From the IMG/VR virus record IMGVR_UViG_3300035703_000060, positions 10,524 through 74,523 of that record: a DNA stretch of 64,000 nucleotides. One strand, written 5' to 3'. The position numbers were made by a program, and so were the translations under genes. Shown here piece after piece: positions 12,301 to 21,083 of the stretch. Under the pieces are notes generated by a model, which was not told where the DNA came from, did no database searches, and worked only from the letters and a program-made list of their open reading frames with translations. Source of the stretch: a virus. How positions within the stretch are numbered: position 1 is the stretch's first letter; every line of letters begins with the position of its first letter.

Positions 12301-15300
12301 AAGTTACAATCGTGAAAATTATAGTAAGGATATTCCCAATATAGGATTTTTAAACATTAGAGCTTCCGATACTTTAGATTTTAGACCGAGAGTTTCATAT
12401 TTTAGTAGTTCATCTTCTTCACCGTTTGATTTTTCATCAAGAAATTTTGGAAACACTCCAAAAATAATCTTTACTCCAAATGAATCGAGTTTAATAAATT
12501 ATGATTTCTATATTGGTAGAATTGATAAAGTATATTTGGATAGTTATGGATCAATAATTGTTGAAAAAGGTATATCTTCGATTAATCCAAAAGAACCTTA
12601 TAAGTCTGGCGATTTGTTAGAAATTGCATCTATTTCCTTACCACCGTATCTTTATGATACCAGTGACGTTAAAATAACTTTGGTAGATAATAGAAGATAC
12701 ACAATGCGTGATATTGGAAAAATAGAAGATAGAGTTGAAAATTTAGAAATAGTAACTTCTCTCTCTTTACTAGAATTAGATACTCAAACTCTTCAAATAC
12801 AAGATGCTGATGGATTAAATCGCTTTAAAACAGGATTCTTCGCTGACTCATTCAAAAATGACAACTTTATTGATCTTGGAAACTCTCTCTCAGAAATCTC
12901 CGACAATAATGAATTAACTCCATTAATTTCAAAAAATAGTTTAAAAAATCAAATTATCGCGGCATCAAATCCCACTGATTTTGAATTAGATTTATCACAA
13001 AATTTCGAATTGTTAGACAATAGAGTTAAAAAAACTGGACAAGTAATTACTTTAGATTATGAAAGTGTAGATTGGATAGAACAACCGTTAGCAACAAGAG
13101 TTGAAAATGTAAACCCATTTCATGTTATTCAATATGTTGGAGATGTTAGATTAAATCCTTTTAGAGATACTTGGATAAGAACTGTAGAACTTCCCGATAG
13201 AGTTATTACCCATAATAATAGTTTAAACTTAGAAAGTAGAGTTAATACTGAAAGAATTACATTAAACAATGTTAATAATACTACTGGTACAGGATCTGGA
13301 GGATTGGGTGTTGGGCAAGTAAGAGATACATGGACTGAATTAAGTTTAAGTGATGGTACTGTATCTCAAGAAACATTTAATTCTTCTGATACTAGTACTT
13401 CCACTTCTACAGAAAGATCTTTCATTGAAAGTCAATTTGATATATTCATGAGATCTAGAAATACTGAGTTTTCAGTATCTAATTTAAGATCTTTTACTCA
13501 GTACTATTCATTCTTAGATGGAATTTCTTCAATTGATTTTATACCAAAATTAATAGAGGTTACTAGAGATATAGAACTGCAAAATCCTGGAACAGATGGT
13601 AGTTTTATTGTTGGTGAAAATATTATAGGTTTTGATAATGGAGTACCAATTATAACATTTAGACTTGCTCAGCCAAACCATAAATTTGGTGCGTTTAATA
13701 ATCCATCAACTACTTATGATGTAAATCCATATTCAAAGTCAGAAATTTTACCTACTGCATATAGCGAATCTTCGACAGTTTTAAATATTGATACATTTTC
13801 ACTATCAGAAGAAGCTCAAGGATTATATTCTGGTTATTTAGTTCGTAGAGCGGTATTAATTGGAGAAACTAGTGGTGCTGCAGCATATGTAAAAGACTTA
13901 AGATTAATTACAGATAACTATGGTGATTTAATTGGAACATTTTTTATCAGAGATCCAAACGCACTACCTCCACCGATTATAAGAGTTCCTACTGGAAATA
14001 AGACTTTTAAATTGTCTTCATCTCCATTAAATGAAAATGGTTTATTGAATGGAACTGATATTTCTTCTGCAGAAACTAATTACTTGTCAGAAGGTACTGT
14101 ACAAACTTACCAAAATATTATAAGGGTTCATACAATAAATGCTTCATTAACAACAACTAATAATGTAAGGACAAGAACTTTAAATGCAGTAAGAAATGAA
14201 AATATATCAACAATAAATCTTCCAGCACCACCTCCACCTGTTATTAATGTAACTCAAAATATAACACAAAATGTAACTCAAAATGTAACTCAAAATATAA
14301 CAAATATTAATAGAATAATTCAACAACAAAGACATGCCGATCCATTAGCACAAACATTCCTTGTTGGTTCTAGTAGAGGATTAAATTCATTTAATGATGA
14401 CGTTAATGGTGCATTTTTAACTGCTGTCGATTTATTCTTTGCTAAAAAGGATCAAGGAAATGCTCCTGTTACAGTTCAAATAAGAACTGTTGAATTTGGA
14501 ACACCTACGTTAACAATAATAGGTGACCCAGTAATTCTCAGACCAAGTGATATTCAAACTTCCACTGATGGATCAGTGGCAACTAAAGTAACCTTCCCAT
14601 ATCCAATATTTTTACCACCAGGATTAGAATATGCAATTGTTATTTTGGCACCTCAAAGTGATCAATATGAATTATGGGTTGCTAGAATGGGTGAAAAAAC
14701 TAGAAATACACTAAATCTTCCAGATGTTGAAAGTGTAAGATATACTAAACAGTTTGCAATTGGTAGTTTGTTTAAATCTCAAAATGGATCAATATGGACT
14801 GATGATCAATATGAAGATCTTAAATTCAAACTATATAAAGCAAAATTCACTGAGTTGAATGGAATAGCATATTTCCAAAATCCAACTTTAAGTAAGAGTA
14901 ATGGATATGTAAGAAACTTAATAAACAATCCAATTACAACACTACCAAGAAAACTTAAAGTTGGTATAACAACAGTATATAATAGCACAATTGTAGATAC
15001 AATATTAACTATTGGTAGAAAAGTTGGAGAAACTTCAAAAAATTATGTCTACGGAAATATTGTGGGAACAGGATGTTCAGTATCTAGTGTTGCAATTAGT
15101 ACTGGTGGTAGAAATTACACTGTTGGAATATCTACGGTAGATACTTTCAATGTTACTGGCAATGGTTCTGGATTAAAATTAAATGTTACTGCTGGATCAA
15201 ACGGAACAATTCAGTCAGTTTCTGTTAATCAATTTGGAAGTGGATATTCAATTGGGGATGTAGTAGGAATTGTTACTTCAACAATTACTGGAACTGCAAA

Positions 15301-16861
15301 TTTAAGTAAAGGTCAAAATGCATTAATAACAATAACCGGAAACAATAATGCAATTGATACGTTATACCTATCCGATTTTCAAGGAAACACATTTACTAAT
15401 GGAAGTGCCGAATTAGTTTATTATAATAATTCCGGTACAAGAGTTACTTTAGGATCTACTATCATACAATCTTCTGAGACCTATGGGTCTTATTCGGATG
15501 GAAAATATTTTAAAGTTGATCATTTCAATCATGGTATGTATGCTACAAATAATATTGTAGAATTGAGTGGTGTTACTCCAGACACACCTGGAGTAACTTT
15601 ATCGTCACAACTACTAAGAACAGATTCTATTTTAAATATACCATCTGCTGATAGTTCATATTTTCAAACTTTTGAAGGTAGTACTGTAAGTCCTACTAAT
15701 CCTGGATATTTAATTATTAATAATGAAATAATCAAATATACTTCCACACAATCATCATCATTGGAAGGGTTAGAAAGAGGTATTGATGGTACTATTGCAA
15801 TAACTCATCCAGAAAACTCAATTATTCGTAAATATGAATTGAATGGAGTTTCTCTCAGAAGAATTAATAGGACACATAATATTGTAGATTCTAATATTGA
15901 GTTAGACAGTTATTACTTAGAAATAGATAGAGGTGGATTAGATGGTGGAGATAATTTTGCCTATGATAGATCTGTTGATGCTTCACCATATCCAATGTTA
16001 TCGTTTAATAGTGAAAAGAGTGTTGGTGGTGCATTTGCATACGCATCAGAAAATATTGTCTATGATACTGTAATACCGTTCTACAATATTATAATACCTG
16101 GTGCTACAACCGAAGTGACTTCTCAGATAAGATCTATTACTGGAACAAGTTCTGGTGGAAATGAAATATCATTTAGAGATCTTGGTTATGAAAATGTTCA
16201 AATTAATCAACAAAACAAATTAAATGAACTTAGAATGGTTGCTTCTAAAGTTAATTCTGACGAATATTTAGATGCTTTACCTAGAAATAAATCTTTAGTA
16301 ACTGCACTAACTTTATCATCAGATAACTATAATCTTTCTCCCATGATTTTCTTGGATGATACATTTACAGAATTCCACAATGCAAGACTGAATAATCCAA
16401 TGTCAAATTATGTTACTGATGGTAGAGTAAATAGCCTTTTAAATGATCCCCATGCGGCAATTTATGTTTCTAGAACAGTTAGACTTTCTCAACCATCTAA
16501 TAGTTTGAGAGTATTATTATCTGCTTACAAGCATCCATCTGCTGATTTTAGAGTTTTATATTCATTAATAAAACCAGAATCAAATGAATCTTTACCATCT
16601 TTTAATTTATTCCCGGGATATGATAATTTAACAACTGACAATAATTTAGATGGTTATTTTGATGTTATTGATGAAAGTAATAATAGTGGACTATCCGATA
16701 CTATAGTTCCCAGTAGTTTGGAAAATCAGTTCCTTGAGTATCAATATACGGCAGCAAATGTTGGTCCATTTGTTGGTTTTACTATTAAAATTGTGATGTC
16801 TGGTACAAGGCAAGATAAATATCCAAGATTTAAAGACTTAAGGGCGATAGCATTAGCATGA
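9350..16861 (+). CDS. VrlC-like / DUF4815 large virion structural protein
   Basis: N-terminal 'NLNVNPYFDDFD..KNFYKVLFNP..PVQSRELN', 'NRRYTMRDIGKIEDRVENLE', 'DPLAQTF', and C-terminal 'PRFKDLRAIALA'. Confidence 0.8.
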   Translation: MAQKTNLNVNPYFDDFDSTKNFYKVLFNPAKPVQSRELNTIQSILQNQIESFGSHIFKEGSMVIPGGVSYDSEYCAVKLNSTSFGIDISLYIEKYVGQIIRGEVSGISAVIKEVVFPNSSGVETITLYVKYLESNNSFNQSFFLDGESLLSTEAISYGINNTVISDGTPFASLISENATATGSSVSIDNGVYFVRGTFVNVNKHTLILDYYNNISSYRIGLRVSETIITTKDDETLFDNAKGFTNFASPGADRFKIDLSLTKKPLTDINDTDFIELLRVENGFLKKIENKTDYNLIKDYIAQRTYDESGNYTVTPFTISVNNSLNNLLGNNGIYFDGDLTTAGNTPSDDLMCVSVSPGKAYVKGYDVEKTNTTILDVEKPRDTQTVTGALVPFKMGNILRINNIYGAPTNKSTVYFYSKRRNGATSSPNGVELGSARVYLCKLTDAAYDGAKTKWDLYLYDIQFYTHLTLNNSLTATQLPATSIIKGNSSGATGYVVSAGTSGNLAIIRQTSGVFLPNENITINGTTLTSRTILNVKSYTSSDIKSVYSSGSPAFLADSVLDSFIPSGFSGQDQITIGSDGVVRTTNKPFSGISTDTIVKYSRPGFSTETYNSVTSVASDGTTFTLSGISSVTNVNDGGVTSSSLQSRFLVGNSVLRDQSSGYLYSVLPNTNISSIDLNNSQLTFSAQSTSSNVISGGSLTLSTGDFNLPGNSGSIKFDTFDAEKYSIHYSDGTTETITDDQVTFNAEYTQITFNGITNGKTTSIINGTFVKTGIQSKTKVHKKSTILNVELSKYEQSGSNANSSVNDGLTFNRYYGLRVQDEEICLRYPDVIRVLAVYESLDSSLPTFDKLNFSSLYGISSNSIVGENIVGKTSKALARIVKKDSLYPNSVEIVYLNNNKFQVDEEVTFEDSNIVAPISSLSFGRFKNITNIFKLDKGQKNQYYDYSKLIRNNNEPEPSRKITIVLDHYDVSPTDSGDLYSILSYNRENYSKDIPNIGFLNIRASDTLDFRPRVSYFSSSSSSPFDFSSRNFGNTPKIIFTPNESSLINYDFYIGRIDKVYLDSYGSIIVEKGISSINPKEPYKSGDLLEIASISLPPYLYDTSDVKITLVDNRRYTMRDIGKIEDRVENLEIVTSLSLLELDTQTLQIQDADGLNRFKTGFFADSFKNDNFIDLGNSLSEISDNNELTPLISKNSLKNQIIAASNPTDFELDLSQNFELLDNRVKKTGQVITLDYESVDWIEQPLATRVENVNPFHVIQYVGDVRLNPFRDTWIRTVELPDRVITHNNSLNLESRVNTERITLNNVNNTTGTGSGGLGVGQVRDTWTELSLSDGTVSQETFNSSDTSTSTSTERSFIESQFDIFMRSRNTEFSVSNLRSFTQYYSFLDGISSIDFIPKLIEVTRDIELQNPGTDGSFIVGENIIGFDNGVPIITFRLAQPNHKFGAFNNPSTTYDVNPYSKSEILPTAYSESSTVLNIDTFSLSEEAQGLYSGYLVRRAVLIGETSGAAAYVKDLRLITDNYGDLIGTFFIRDPNALPPPIIRVPTGNKTFKLSSSPLNENGLLNGTDISSAETNYLSEGTVQTYQNIIRVHTINASLTTTNNVRTRTLNAVRNENISTINLPAPPPPVINVTQNITQNVTQNVTQNITNINRIIQQQRHADPLAQTFLVGSSRGLNSFNDDVNGAFLTAVDLFFAKKDQGNAPVTVQIRTVEFGTPTLTIIGDPVILRPSDIQTSTDGSVATKVTFPYPIFLPPGLEYAIVILAPQSDQYELWVARMGEKTRNTLNLPDVESVRYTKQFAIGSLFKSQNGSIWTDDQYEDLKFKLYKAKFTELNGIAYFQNPTLSKSNGYVRNLINNPITTLPRKLKVGITTVYNSTIVDTILTIGRKVGETSKNYVYGNIVGTGCSVSSVAISTGGRNYTVGISTVDTFNVTGNGSGLKLNVTAGSNGTIQSVSVNQFGSGYSIGDVVGIVTSTITGTANLSKGQNALITITGNNNAIDTLYLSDFQGNTFTNGSAELVYYNNSGTRVTLGSTIIQSSETYGSYSDGKYFKVDHFNHGMYATNNIVELSGVTPDTPGVTLSSQLLRTDSILNIPSADSSYFQTFEGSTVSPTNPGYLIINNEIIKYTSTQSSSLEGLERGIDGTIAITHPENSIIRKYELNGVSLRRINRTHNIVDSNIELDSYYLEIDRGGLDGGDNFAYDRSVDASPYPMLSFNSEKSVGGAFAYASENIVYDTVIPFYNIIIPGATTEVTSQIRSITGTSSGGNEISFRDLGYENVQINQQNKLNELRMVASKVNSDEYLDALPRNKSLVTALTLSSDNYNLSPMIFLDDTFTEFHNARLNNPMSNYVTDGRVNSLLNDPHAAIYVSRTVRLSQPSNSLRVLLSAYKHPSADFRVLYSLIKPESNESLPSFNLFPGYDNLTTDNNLDGYFDVIDESNNSGLSDTIVPSSLENQFLEYQYTAANVGPFVGFTIKIVMSGTRQDKYPRFKDLRAIALA
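14246..14305 (+). repeat. 12-bp tandem repeat, 5 units (AAT[G/A]TAAC[T/A]CAA), encoding NVTQ/NITQ
   Basis: aatgtaactcaa-aatataacacaa-aatgtaactcaa-aatgtaactcaa-aatataacaaat, following a PAPPPP linker. Confidence 0.85.
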
Positions 16862-17076
16862 TGGAAGATTTAATATCGGTTGAAGGGCACCCAAATCTCT
16901 TTAGAGATCAAAAAACGGGTGCCATAGTAAACTGTGATAATGTAGCATATAAACAGTATTTGAACAGTGTTTCAAATAGGATGAATACAAAAAAAGAAAT
17001 TGAAAATTTGAAAAGTGATGTTGAAGAAATTAAATCTCTATTAAAGGAGTTAATAAATGAAACCAGAAGAAATTGA
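16858..17076 (+). CDS. Small conserved phage protein with C-terminal coiled coil
   Basis: 'VEGHPNLFRDQKTGAIVN' followed by a heptad pattern; ATGA overlap with the upstream stop. Confidence 0.75.
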   Translation: MMEDLISVEGHPNLFRDQKTGAIVNCDNVAYKQYLNSVSNRMNTKKEIENLKSDVEEIKSLLKELINETRRN

Positions 17077-17221
17077 ATTAGGTGATATTAATAAATTGTT
17101 TGAGTATGAAAAACATTGTAGAGTAATTGATGAACTAAGTGTAGAAGAGTTAAAAAATTTTTCAAAATTATACTTAAAGTTATATTTAAAGCAACAAGAA
17201 GTAGTAGCATTATTTAATTGA
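17057..17221 (+). CDS. 54-aa NblA-like helix-loop-helix protein (not in ORF track)
   Basis: AAGGAG RBS at 17044-17049. MKPEEIELGDINKLFEYEKHCRVIDELSVEELKNFSKLYLKLYLKQQEVVALFN resembles NblA in size and hydrophobic pattern. Confidence 0.55.
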   Translation: MKPEEIELGDINKLFEYEKHCRVIDELSVEELKNFSKLYLKLYLKQQEVVALFN

Positions 17222-17229
17222 CATAAATA
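17222..17229 (+). promoter_or_regulatory. Late promoter variant CATAAATA
   Basis: 7/8 match to consensus, intergenic, upstream of the 17256 ORF and the neck genes. Confidence 0.6.
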
Positions 17230-17255
17230 ACTCATAGGCATATTTTTGATGGTAA

Positions 17256-17606
17256 ATGGCATCACCATACGTAGTTAACTTAAGTATTAATACTGGTACA
17301 TCATTTACACAAACTTTTACTTTAGCCAACGAAAATGGTTCAGCACTTAATCTTTCCAATTATAGTGTTAAGTCACAGTTAAGAAAACATCCCCAAAGTA
17401 GTTCTTATGTAAATTTTATTTCTACTGCGGTTTCTCCCCCATCTAGTGGGGTAATAAAAATTGAATTAGATCCAAACTCCACTACTAGTTTAAAACCTGG
17501 AAGATATTTGTACGATATTATTATTACAAATGGTGGAACTGGTGAAAAAACAAAAGTTATAGAAGGTTCCGCAATAGTTTCAAAAAGCATAACAAGAGAT
17601 AGTTAA
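17256..17606 (+). CDS. Small beta-sandwich virion structural protein
   Basis: 'NLSINTGTSFTQTFTL...LKPGRYLYDIII...KVIEG'; lies just before gp13. Confidence 0.65.
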   Translation: MASPYVVNLSINTGTSFTQTFTLANENGSALNLSNYSVKSQLRKHPQSSSYVNFISTAVSPPSSGVIKIELDPNSTTSLKPGRYLYDIIITNGGTGEKTKVIEGSAIVSKSITRDS

Positions 17607-17610
17607 TGTT

Positions 17611-18438
17611 ATGGCAAAACCATCAACAAGACAAGAATTAATTGATTATTGTTTAAGGAGACTAGGAGCTCCAGTTTTAGAAATAAACGTAGATGATGAT
17701 CAAATAGATGATTTAGTAGATGATGCTTTACAATACTTCAATGAACGTCATTTTGATGGTGTTGAAAGAATGTATTTGAAATATCAAATCACACAAGATG
17801 ATGTCAACAGAGGAAAAGCAAAAAACACTAGTGGTCCAGGAATAGTAACAACTACTGCTTCATCTGCAGGCAATACTTTTAATTTTTATGAGACATCAAA
17901 CTATATTCAAGTTCCAGACTCTGTAATTGGTATAGAAAAAGTATTTAAATTTGATACTAGTTCTATTTCTGGTGGAATGTTTAGTATAAAGTATCAGTTA
18001 TTTTTAAATGATCTTTATTATTTTAATTCTGTAGAATTATTACAATATGCAATGGTAAAAAGTTATCTTGAAGATATTGACTTTTTGCTGACAACTGATA
18101 AACAAATAAGATTTAATAAAAGACAAAATAGAATGTATCTGGATATTGACTGGGGAGCACAGTCAGTTGGTAACTTTTTAGTAATAGATTGTTATAGAGT
18201 ACTAAATCCGAATGATTTTACTAAAGTTTATAATGATAGTTTCTTAAAAAAATATTTAACTTCACTTATTAAAAAGCAATGGGGACAAAATTTAATTAAG
18301 TTTAGAGGTGTTAAATTACCAGGTGGAGTAGAATTAAATGGAAGAGAAATGTATGATGATGCACAAAGGGAAATTGATGATTTAATGCAAAAAATGTCTA
18401 TGGAATATGAACTTCCCCCATACGATTTTATAGGATAA
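17611..18438 (+). CDS. gp13: Neck protein gp13
   Basis: 'ELIDYCLRRLGAPVLEINV', 'KKQWGQNLIKFRGVKLPGGVELNG'. Confidence 0.95.
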   Translation: MAKPSTRQELIDYCLRRLGAPVLEINVDDDQIDDLVDDALQYFNERHFDGVERMYLKYQITQDDVNRGKAKNTSGPGIVTTTASSAGNTFNFYETSNYIQVPDSVIGIEKVFKFDTSSISGGMFSIKYQLFLNDLYYFNSVELLQYAMVKSYLEDIDFLLTTDKQIRFNKRQNRMYLDIDWGAQSVGNFLVIDCYRVLNPNDFTKVYNDSFLKKYLTSLIKKQWGQNLIKFRGVKLPGGVELNGREMYDDAQREIDDLMQKMSMEYELPPYDFIG

Positions 18439-18440
18439 TT

Positions 18441-19838
18441 ATGGCATTAAACCCATTTTTTCTTCAAGGATCAGATTCTGAACAACATCTGATTCAACAA
18501 TTAATAAATGAGCAATTAAAAATTTTTGGTGTTGAAGTATCCTATTTACCCCAAAAATTTATAAAGAAAGAGACAATATTAAGAGAAGTTAGTGCATCAA
18601 AATTTGATGATAATTTTTCAATAGAAGCATATGTAAGTAACTTTGACGGATATACTGGTTCTGGAGATATTTTATCAAAATTTGGAATGAATCTAAAAGA
18701 TGAGTTAACACTTATAATATCAAAAGAAAGATTTGAAGATTTTATTGCTCCATTTCTTTCTGATATGGATCCCGATGAAATAATAATTTCCTCTAGACCA
18801 AGAGAAGGTGATTTAATTTATTTCCCTCTTGGTAAAAGATTATTTGAGATAAAATTTGTAGAGCATGAGCAACCATTTTATCAGTTAGGCAAGACTTATG
18901 TTTATGAATTAAAATGTGAATTGTTCGAGTATTCAGATAATATTGGTGGATGGGATAATGTAAATACGACAGTTGAAGAAATAGATAGAACTTTAGAAAA
19001 TCAAGGTTATATTAATACACTTAAATTATTTCCATCTGGTTCGCAAGCAACTGCACAAACTTCAATTGTAAATGGTTACGTTAGAAAAATAACTCTACTC
19101 AATGATGGTTATAATTATAAAACAACACCAACTGTAGCAATTAGTAGCGCACCAGCAGGAGGAATAAATGCACAAGCAGTGGCAATTACTTCGTGTATAG
19201 GGAATTTTTGTTCGGTTAAAGAAATTTTACTGGTAAATCCTGGAGCAGGATATACAGTAGAACCAACAGTTATAATTTCAAGTACTACAGGAGTTGGAGC
19301 AACTGCAAAAGCAGTAATTGAAAAAACATACTCCGGTATTGGAAGTATAACAATTACTAACAGTGGTTCTGGATATGTTACATCACCATCTATAGGATTC
19401 TCATCTCCTACAGTTGGATCTGCAATTACTGCTGTGGCAAGAACTATTGTTAATTCTAATGGTCAAATTGGTCAAATATTAATTTCCGATGCGGGTATTG
19501 GATACATATCAAATCCATCAATATCTATATCAAACCCACCGTTACTTGTTGGAATTAATACTTATATCTTTAATGAAGTAGTTATTGGAGAAACTTCTGG
19601 GGCTAAGAGTAGAGTTAAAACATGGGATAGCACCACAAGTACTTTGAAAGTTGGCACTGTAAATGGAGATTTTATACCTGGGGAAATTATAGTTGGATCA
19701 ATATCTTCAGCAAGATATCCATTGCAAAAATATCAAGTTTCAGACTTGTATGATAAATATGAACAAAACGACGAGATACAACAAGAGTCAAATTCTATAG
19801 TTGACTTTTCAGAATCTAATTTATTCGGTAATTACTAA
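18441..19838 (+). CDS. gp14: Neck protein gp14 (head closure) with an internal repeat insertion
   Basis: 'LSKFG', 'RPREGDLIYFPL', 'FEIKFVEHEQPFYQLGK', C-terminal 'DFSESNLFG'. Confidence 0.92.
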   Translation: MALNPFFLQGSDSEQHLIQQLINEQLKIFGVEVSYLPQKFIKKETILREVSASKFDDNFSIEAYVSNFDGYTGSGDILSKFGMNLKDELTLIISKERFEDFIAPFLSDMDPDEIIISSRPREGDLIYFPLGKRLFEIKFVEHEQPFYQLGKTYVYELKCELFEYSDNIGGWDNVNTTVEEIDRTLENQGYINTLKLFPSGSQATAQTSIVNGYVRKITLLNDGYNYKTTPTVAISSAPAGGINAQAVAITSCIGNFCSVKEILLVNPGAGYTVEPTVIISSTTGVGATAKAVIEKTYSGIGSITITNSGSGYVTSPSIGFSSPTVGSAITAVARTIVNSNGQIGQILISDAGIGYISNPSISISNPPLLVGINTYIFNEVVIGETSGAKSRVKTWDSTTSTLKVGTVNGDFIPGEIIVGSISSARYPLQKYQVSDLYDKYEQNDEIQQESNSIVDFSESNLFGNY

Positions 19839-20635
19839 TGCTAGGATCATATTTTTATCATCAAAATATTAGAAAAACAATTATTGCATTTGGCAATCTT
19901 TTTAATAATATATCAATAAAACATCAAGATGGTGATGGTAATGATTATAGTGATGTGAGAGTTCCTTTAGCATATGGTCCAACTCAAAAGTTTTTAGCAC
20001 GTTTAGAACAGCAAGCAGATTTAAATAAACCAGTTGCAATAACGTTGCCAAGAATGTCTTTTGAGATGAATTCTATAAAATATGATTCTTCAAGAAAGTC
20101 TGGAATTTCTCAATCCTTTAAAGCTTCTGATGGAAACAACATTAAAAAGGTTTTCATGCCAGTACCATACAATATAGGATTTGAATTGAACATAATGGCA
20201 AAATTAAATGATGATGTTCTTCAAATTATAGAACAAATTTTACCATTTTTTCAACCTGCCTTTAATGTTACTATTGATATGGTTGATATAATTGGAGAGA
20301 AAAAAGATATTCCCATAGTTTTGGATGATATTTCTTTTAGAGATGATTATGAAGGTGATTTTTCTACTAGAAGAATTTTACTATACACTTTACAGTTTAC
20401 AGCAAAAACATATCTCTTTGGACCTATATCAGATAGTACAAGTGGACTTATTCGCAAAGTTCAAGTGGATATGTATTCATCTACCGATGTTCAAACTGCA
20501 AGAAGAGAAGTAAGGTATACAGTAACACCAGATCCTATTGATGCACAACCAGATGATGATTTTGGATTTAATGAGAATTGGGAATTCTTTGGAGACGCAA
20601 AAGTTTATAGTCCTGTTCAACAAACTGATATTTAA
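19838..20635 (+). CDS. gp15: Tail sheath stabilizer / terminator gp15
   Basis: 'YFYHQNIRKTIIAFGNLFNNI', 'TLPRMSFE', 'QIIEQILPFFQP'. Confidence 0.95.
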   Translation: MLGSYFYHQNIRKTIIAFGNLFNNISIKHQDGDGNDYSDVRVPLAYGPTQKFLARLEQQADLNKPVAITLPRMSFEMNSIKYDSSRKSGISQSFKASDGNNIKKVFMPVPYNIGFELNIMAKLNDDVLQIIEQILPFFQPAFNVTIDMVDIIGEKKDIPIVLDDISFRDDYEGDFSTRRILLYTLQFTAKTYLFGPISDSTSGLIRKVQVDMYSSTDVQTARREVRYTVTPDPIDAQPDDDFGFNENWEFFGDAKVYSPVQQTDI

Positions 20636-20640
20636 ATTCC

Positions 20641-21069
20641 ATGAAATCTAAAAGTTTTGACTCCTTAGATAATGTGTTGAACACATCTAGTGAAATGCAG
20701 GTTTATGAAGAACCAAAATCCTCAGAAATAAAAACTGTTGATCAATCATCAGTTGACATAAAAAAAGATTATGAGTATACGAGAGCCAACCTCTATTCTT
20801 TAATTGAGAAGGGTCAGGAGGCGATTGATGGAATTATGGAACTTGCTGCGGAAAGTGATCAACCAAGGGCCTATGAGGTCGCTGGACAACTTATAAAGAG
20901 CGTTGGTGATGTAACTGATAAACTTATAGATCTTCAAAAAAAATTGAAGGATATAGAAGATGAAAATATAAAAACGACAAACAATGTTACTAATAATGCA
21001 GTGTTTGTCGGATCTACATCAGAGTTATCAAAACTACTGAAGCAAGGTTTTCTAAATAATAAAGAGTAG
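20641..21069 (+). CDS. gp16: Terminase small subunit gp16
   Basis: 'DYEYTRANLYSLIEKG', 'PRAYEVAGQLIK', 'FVGSTSELSKLLK'. Confidence 0.93.
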   Translation: MKSKSFDSLDNVLNTSSEMQVYEEPKSSEIKTVDQSSVDIKKDYEYTRANLYSLIEKGQEAIDGIMELAAESDQPRAYEVAGQLIKSVGDVTDKLIDLQKKLKDIEDENIKTTNNVTNNAVFVGSTSELSKLLKQGFLNNKE

Positions 21070-21083
21070 TTCTTTTTGATCTG

